This document shows, in pieces, positions 6,965-12,349 of a stretch of DNA of 12,349 bases. The notes below the pieces were generated by a model. The model was given only the letters and a program-made list of their open reading frames with translations, made no database searches and had not been told where the DNA came from. The position numbers and the translations under genes are program-made. This DNA comes from a bacterium (lineage in GTDB: Bacteria > SZUA-182 > DTGQ01 > JAFGSM01), in assembly GCA_049472355.1 (NCBI GenBank), contig JBLIRP010000102.1, forward strand, positions 1 to 12,349, in the 5' to 3' direction. How positions within the stretch are numbered: the stretch's first letter is position 1; each line of letters begins with the position of its first letter.

Positions 6965-7038
6965 GTGCCTGGAAGGAGAAACATTTCCGGATAATGGAAA
7001 CGTGTCCGGAAGGAGACACATACCCGGATATCGGAGAT
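6965..7038. repeat. Degenerate 37-bp tandem repeat between comM and comEA
   Basis: GTGCCTGGAAGGAGAAACATTTCCGGATAATGGAAAC (6965-7001) and GTGTCCGGAAGGAGACACATACCCGGATATCGGAGAT (7002-7038), 28/37. A partial in-register copy lies at about 6942-6964. Confidence 0.7.
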
Positions 7039-7317
7039 ATGTCTTGACGCCGATGGCGAGGGATATAGGCGGCATAATCACGGGAATCCATTCCATGAAC
7101 ACTTAAGAAGGCACCATGAGAAAGGGGGTGAGTGAGCGCCCATGGAGCATGGTTAGAGATTATATCGCAGGTATCCTGCCTGCATACCCCCTGTGATATG
7201 GGTTCGGGATGTTTGCGCATGGAACAGGGGATCAAGGAATCTTCGAGACGAAAGGTGGGCCTCCCGATGCCGTTTAGGCTGCAATCATGTAACTTTAGGT
7301 ATCATAAGGAGGTTGCC

Positions 7318-7668
7318 ATGTATCGTGGCAAAGGCATGAAGGGCGTAGTATCGGTGTTCTGTTGTACGGTGGCAGTGTGTATGGTTGTATCCCTCATCAC
7401 GGTGATGCCCCGCGCAGCATATGCTCGGTCTGGTGAAAAGGTGGCTGCTCAGGAAATGATCAACATCAATACGGCGACGCAGGATGAGCTTCTCCTGTTG
7501 AAGAGGGTTGGACCCAGTCTGGCGGATCGCATCATCGCCTACCGGGAAGCGCATGGTCTGTTTCAAAAGACCGAGGATATCCTGAATGTGAAAGGACTCG
7601 GGGAGAAGTTCTGGGAGGCGAACAAGGATCGGATCACGGTCGGGAAATTCAGGGCGAAAGTGGAATGA
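7318..7668 (+). CDS. comEA: ComEA-family periplasmic helix-hairpin-helix DNA-binding protein (116 aa)
   Basis: AAGGAGG RBS at 7306-7312, signal-peptide-like N-terminus, then ININTATQDELLLLKRVGPSLADRIIAYREAHGLFQKTEDILNVKGLGEK (two HhH motifs). Confidence 0.92.
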   Translation: MYRGKGMKGVVSVFCCTVAVCMVVSLITVMPRAAYARSGEKVAAQEMININTATQDELLLLKRVGPSLADRIIAYREAHGLFQKTEDILNVKGLGEKFWEANKDRITVGKFRAKVE

Positions 7669-8046
7669 GCCGCAGCGAGGGCCCAGTCTTTTTTCATGTA
7701 TGACATGACATCCACGCACGACTTCAATCATCAGATGATTGGATCATTTGAATCGACGATACGAAGAAGGCCGCGGCGCCGGGAGACCTGCCTCATCGTC
7801 TCTTGAATCGCAGAGAATGACTCATAGGGGTTCACTCTGCCGCATCCCTGACTGCGTGAACAAGGCTTTCTGTTTTCAATCCAAAGGGTTCGGAGAGTAA
7901 ATCGAAATGGGTATCGGCATGCACGATCGTGTAATTCAGAAAAAGATTCTTGGATTACCATTGCCGTTTCTGAATTGTTTTGTTTTGAGGTATATGCGAT
8001 GCCATGCAGACCGCATCCCTCAGGGCATCTTGAGAAAATTCCTTTG

Positions 8047-8078
8047 ATACCCCGCTGCGTGCGGTGGGATCGTTAATT
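8047..8078 (+). repeat. Second dispersed hairpin repeat family, copy 2
   Basis: ATACCCCGCTGCGTGCGGTGGGATCGTTAATT; imperfect GC-rich hairpin, 23/32 identity with 5126-5157. Confidence 0.55.
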
Positions 8079-8274
8079 CCCTTTAAGAAATAATGAGTTA
8101 AGAATCAATCCCATGAAACATCACTGTCCGTATCGGCAGGGATGATGAAATTTATCTCGTAACATTGGGCCTGAGAAGACGAATTAAACTATAGGCATGA
8201 TAATCCCTTTTCCCTTGGCAAAAGGGGTGACGATACGGTACAAACAAACCATCAATCCGTGGAGAATCATCGAT

Positions 8275-9900
8275 ATGCATCAAATGATTGCTGAATTGAA
8301 GGCATTAAGGACCGGGTCCACGTCAAAAAGCTTGCAGGGGAAAAGACTCGAAGCGCCGGCAATAATTGAGGGAATGCCTGAAGCGGTGATAATTTTTGAT
8401 CTGGATGGGAAGATACTCCAGGTGAATGGCGAGTTTGAAAGAGGCACGGGGTGGAAAAGGGAGGAAGCGGTGGGGAAATCACCCCTGGATCTCGGCATCA
8501 TGTCCAAGGAAGAAGAGCAGAGGGTGGTGAAGGAGATAATACCGAAATTGGAAAGGGACGGCCTGGCCCGGGATGTAGCATTGACTGCAATCCGCAAGGA
8601 TGGGTCGAAATTTCCTATCCTGATGAACTGGATTTTGGTTAAGGATGATTTTGACACGCCGAGCGCCATTATTTCGGTGGCTCGGGACATGACCGAGCAA
8701 AAACGTACAGAGGAGGCACTAAGGGCATCCGAACAGAGATTCAGGGCCATTTTCGATGGTATGGCGGATGGAATACTTTTGGCGGATGTGAAAAATAAAA
8801 GGTTTAATAGTGGTAACACTATGATTTGTCGGATGCTCGGCTATGACCTGAAGGAAATTGAAAAATTGGAGGTCACCGACATCCATCTGAAAGAGGACCT
8901 TTCGTATGTTCTGGAGCAATTTGATCGCCAAATGAAGGGGGATAATACGCTTGCCAAGGATGTCCCGGTGAAAAGAAAGGACGGGAGCGTTTTTTATGCC
9001 GATATCAACTCGGCGCCCATATTATTGGACGGTAAAACGTATCTGATGGGCGCCTTCAGGGACATTACCGAGCGCAAGATCATGGAAGACGAGCTGCGGG
9101 AAACATATCGGCATCTGCGGGAATTACAGGATCAACTTGTACAGTCCGAAAAGATGGGTGCCATCGGCAAACTGGCAAGCGGCATTGCCCATGAATTACG
9201 AAATCCCCTGACCATAATAAACCAGAGTATCTATTGCCTGGAAAATAAACTATCCTCTCAGCAAACCGACACATCCCGGATTCTGGACATGATGAAGGAG
9301 AGCATACGAAGGGCGGATAACATTGTGCAGTCACTTCTGGATTTTTCGAGGATGACCAGTCTCGTTTTGGAGCCCGAGGACATTAATACTATTCTTGAGG
9401 AATCCTACCAGTTGGCGAAATATGGATTGAGCTGTGAACAACACATTGAGCTGATCAAGGAAACGCAACGGGATATGGCAAAGGTCCTGGTTGACGCAAA
9501 TAGGATAAAGCAGGTTTTCATCAATATCTTCTCAAATGCCATTCAGGCGATGCCTGAAGGGGGAAGGATCACTATCCGCACCTATGAGACGCACTTAGAG
9601 GAAATAATGAATGGTGTGGGCAGAAGAAGCGGGGATCATTTCAGACTGGGGGAAAAGGCGGTGGTCGTTGAAATCGAAGACACCGGCGTGGGAATCTCTG
9701 AAGAAAACCTTAAAAAGATCTTTGATCCCTTTTTTACCACCAAAGGGCCTGGTGAGGGTGTCGGCCTGGGGTTGTCGATAATCCGTAACTTGATCGGCAT
9801 GCACAAGGGCCTGATAGATCTGAAGAGCCAGAAGGGTAAAGGAACGAGCGTGACTATTACCTTGAAGGCGGCGGACGAAACAGACCCAGAAAAGGAATAG
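8275..9900 (+). CDS. Cytoplasmic two-PAS sensor histidine kinase (NtrB/AtoS-like), about 541 aa
   Basis: Two PAS/PAC units (RKDGSKFP..VARDMTEQK; RKDGSVFY..FRDITERK), H-box GIAHELRNPL, N-box QVFINIFSNAIQAM, G1 DTGVGI, F-box IFDPFFTTK, G2 GVGLGLSI. Start at 8275 chosen from GGAG at 8261-8264; the exact start is uncertain (ORF open from 8197). Confidence 0.93.
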   Translation: MHQMIAELKALRTGSTSKSLQGKRLEAPAIIEGMPEAVIIFDLDGKILQVNGEFERGTGWKREEAVGKSPLDLGIMSKEEEQRVVKEIIPKLERDGLARDVALTAIRKDGSKFPILMNWILVKDDFDTPSAIISVARDMTEQKRTEEALRASEQRFRAIFDGMADGILLADVKNKRFNSGNTMICRMLGYDLKEIEKLEVTDIHLKEDLSYVLEQFDRQMKGDNTLAKDVPVKRKDGSVFYADINSAPILLDGKTYLMGAFRDITERKIMEDELRETYRHLRELQDQLVQSEKMGAIGKLASGIAHELRNPLTIINQSIYCLENKLSSQQTDTSRILDMMKESIRRADNIVQSLLDFSRMTSLVLEPEDINTILEESYQLAKYGLSCEQHIELIKETQRDMAKVLVDANRIKQVFINIFSNAIQAMPEGGRITIRTYETHLEEIMNGVGRRSGDHFRLGEKAVVVEIEDTGVGISEENLKKIFDPFFTTKGPGEGVGLGLSIIRNLIGMHKGLIDLKSQKGKGTSVTITLKAADETDPEKE

Positions 9901-9949
9901 TGTCCGCCAACGACCTGCCTGCTGAACCAACCGAGGTAGTGTTCGAGGA

Positions 9950-10399
9950 TTACTGGAATTCGACCGGTGGTTTTTTTATGTACATGACCATCCGGATGAC
10001 GTTTCCCTTGTCGGGTACGTATTTTATCTCCACCTCGTCCATCAGGTTCTGGATCAGGAACAGACCCCATCCCCTGGTGCGTTTCTGCCCGTTTATCTTT
10101 TCCTTGATATCGGGCTCGGAGGAGATGTCGTACCGTTCCCCTCCATTGTCCCATACCTCGATGATCATGGCCTCTTCGCTGGGGGTCATGTTGATTACCA
10201 CGTGAACGTTCTGGTTCAATTTGTTGCCGTGCTCGATGGCGTTCAGGCACGCCTCGGTTACTGCTGTCTTGAGGTCGTCGATCTTGGCGGGGAAAAATTT
10301 CATATCCTTGGCGATTGACACGGCGCACCCTGCAGCGATCTTCTCAAATCCCAGTTTGCTCGGTATATGTAATTCAATCGGTTCCTTGAGCTTGATCAT
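9950..10399 (-). CDS. RsbW/SpoIIAB-like anti-sigma factor Ser kinase (HATPase_c_2), 149 aa
   Basis: LHIPSKLG, DDLKTAVTEACLNAIEHG (N-box), IEVWDNG (G1), RGWGLFLIQNLMDEV (G2), GNVIRM. GGAG/GAGG RBS upstream. Confidence 0.93.
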   Translation of the reverse strand: MIKLKEPIELHIPSKLGFEKIAAGCAVSIAKDMKFFPAKIDDLKTAVTEACLNAIEHGNKLNQNVHVVINMTPSEEAMIIEVWDNGGERYDISSEPDIKEKINGQKRTRGWGLFLIQNLMDEVEIKYVPDKGNVIRMVMYIKKPPVEFQ

Positions 10400-10765
10400 G
10401 GCCTCTTTTTCTCCATATCACGATCGTGGGGTATCCCCTTTTTCCTTCGGCTTTACTCTGCGCTGCACCTGCATGCTCCATACTTTCATTATTCTTTTCG
10501 GCACATGGAGGGAATTTCCCTTGTATTCCCTCTGAGTGATTTTTTTCCAAAGATCGCGGGATTAAACGCGATCCGCTGGAAAGCCCCTGGAGGATAATGA
10601 ACAGGCTGCCGAAAAATGCCGATAGTGTTGGTGACCGGCATTTTAATAGTTACAAGCAATTCAGGTCCTTATACCTCGTTTGCGCGGGGGGGGGCAAGGG
10701 CGTGCCGGGCGCACGCTCATCCACCTTTTTCGTAAACCAAGTGAACCGACAGGGATTCGTGAACC

Positions 10766-12349
10766 GTGGCAATAGATGACAAGGAAAGACCCGGGTGGGC
10801 GCCCGATTTCAATAAATACCTCTTCCAGACGTCTCCTGCCTTCTTCATGTCCATCAGTGCCCAGGGAAAGACCATGTTCATGAGCGAGGAGATGCTCCAG
10901 TTGCTCGGCTACAACCTGGAGGAGGTGGTGGGCAAGGATTATGTGAATACCTTTGTCCCGGAGGACCACAGGGAACGGCTTAACGAGATCTTTGATAAGC
11001 TGGGGAGATCACGCAGCCAGGTGTTCGATGAAAATATCCTGATCACCAAGGACGGGCGTGAGCTGCTGGTGAAATGGCAGTGGTGGTCGGTCTTCAGCAA
11101 GAAGAGCGAATTCGATTTCTATTTCGGGGTGGGAAGCGACATCACGGGATTTATTCGATCGGAAGCGGTGGCGCGAGGCCACGACACCCCCTTCCCGATG
11201 CTCGCCGAGAATGCGATGGACATCGTCTGGACGGTGGACATCGACCTGCGCTTTACCTATATCAGTCATTCCATAACCGAACGTTTGGGATACAGCGTGA
11301 AGGAGATGCTGGGCTATCCCCTGGAAAGGGTCCTCACCCCGGCCTCCCTGAAGGTGGTGAAAAAGGCCCTCTCCGAAGAGCTTATCTTCGAATTCAATGA
11401 TAAAAGGGGGAGCTACAAGACGCGGAGCCTGGAGCTCGAGCTGAGGCACAGGGACGGTTTTACGCTGTTGACCGAGAACACATTGAAATTCCTGCACGAT
11501 GCGAACAGGAGACCGATCGGCATCCTGATCGTCACCCGCGACATCAAGGAACGCAGGCGGAAGGAGGAAGCGCTTCGGGATAAGATCATCCAGATGCTCT
11601 TCAACGGTGCGCCGAATCCCATCTTTGTCACGGATGAGTCAGGAAGGTACCTGGATGCCAACAGGGCGGGCCTCGCCTTCCTGGAGTGTGACAAGGAATC
11701 CCTGCAGGTAAAAGGGATAAAGGATTTCACCCCCAGCTTTTTGAAGGAGGCCACCTGCGCGGGGGATACCTCATCCCTTTTGAGAGGCCGGACCTTTGAG
11801 AGCGATTTCCGGGTAAACGGTGATACCAAGACGCTCCTTCTGAGCGTGGTCCCGTTTAACCCTTCGGACCGGGCGATCCTTTTCTGGATCGGGCAGGACA
11901 TCACCTCCCGCAAGCAAGCGGAGGAGGCCCTGCGGGAGAGCGAGGAAAAATACCGGCTGCTCATCGAGTACCAGACCGATCTGGTGGTGAAGATGGATGC
12001 CAAGGGGCGGTTCCTGTTCGTGAGCCCCTCTTACTGCAGGCTGTTCGCCAAAAAGGAGAAGGACCTGCTCGGGGAATCCTTTTTGAACCTCGTGTGCAAG
12101 GAGGACCGGGCGGAAACGGCAAAGGCCATGAAAAGGCTTAATACCCCTCCCCATACCTGCTTTATAGAGCACCGCGTTCTCATACGCGACAAGCAGCGGT
12201 ACATTGCATGGCATCTCAAGGGCATTAAGGGAGAGCGGGGAAAGGTAAAAACCATCGTGGGCGGCGGCAGGGACATCAGCAAACGAAAGAAGGCCGAGGA
12301 GGAGAAGGAGAGTATCCAGGCGCAGCTCCTGCAGGCCCAGAAGATGGAG
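10766..12349 (+). CDS. Multi-PAS (four) sensor histidine kinase, probably hybrid type; 3' part lies beyond the window
   Basis: Manual translation from GTG 10766 (in-frame TGA at 10760-10762), open for 528 codons: four PAS/PAC units ending GVGSDIT, IVTRDIKERR, IGQDITSRK, GGRDISKRK, then AQLLQAQKME, the typical lead-in to a HisKA domain. The kinase core itself is not in the window. Confidence 0.88.
   Translation, partial: MAIDDKERPGWAPDFNKYLFQTSPAFFMSISAQGKTMFMSEEMLQLLGYNLEEVVGKDYVNTFVPEDHRERLNEIFDKLGRSRSQVFDENILITKDGRELLVKWQWWSVFSKKSEFDFYFGVGSDITGFIRSEAVARGHDTPFPMLAENAMDIVWTVDIDLRFTYISHSITERLGYSVKEMLGYPLERVLTPASLKVVKKALSEELIFEFNDKRGSYKTRSLELELRHRDGFTLLTENTLKFLHDANRRPIGILIVTRDIKERRRKEEALRDKIIQMLFNGAPNPIFVTDESGRYLDANRAGLAFLECDKESLQVKGIKDFTPSFLKEATCAGDTSSLLRGRTFESDFRVNGDTKTLLLSVVPFNPSDRAILFWIGQDITSRKQAEEALRESEEKYRLLIEYQTDLVVKMDAKGRFLFVSPSYCRLFAKKEKDLLGESFLNLVCKEDRAETAKAMKRLNTPPHTCFIEHRVLIRDKQRYIAWHLKGIKGERGKVKTIVGGGRDISKRKKAEEEKESIQAQLLQAQKME

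Noticed and set aside
6906..7106. 66-aa ORF after comM
   Set aside because: Runs through a 37-bp (non-triplet) repeat, with no recognisable domain or clear support.
7132..7317. N-terminal extension of comEA in the ORF track
   Set aside because: A strong AAGGAGG RBS and signal peptide support the start at 7318.
7922..10428. Palindrome CACGATCGTG at 7922-7931 and 10419-10428
   Set aside because: Two copies of a 10-mer at very different distances from start codons; compatible with chance.

Overview
A GC-rich bacterial chromosomal window; the gene style suggests a Desulfobacterota/Deltaproteobacteria-like organism (inference). Coding content in order: a nucleotide-sugar 6-dehydrogenase running off the left edge (minus strand, missing from the ORF track), divergent from gmd plus a membrane-anchored HEAT-repeat gene; a small outer-membrane beta-barrel gene; comM (YifB) and a ComEA-type DNA receptor; a 2-PAS histidine kinase convergent with an RsbW-like anti-sigma kinase; and a 4-PAS sensor kinase running off the right edge (also missing from the ORF track). 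The unusual content is intergenic. Five copies of a TGGGGTCAGGTCTTGRA end motif define two complete MITE-like elements and one half element. Six copies of a ~41-nt doubly bulged hairpin show compensatory and G-T-wobble substitutions on one strand. In two copies the end motif supplies a sigma70-like promoter aimed at the start of the hairpin. A second small hairpin repeat family occurs twice. No transposase, tRNA, rRNA or CRISPR array is visible. All alignments were done by eye, with no database searches.
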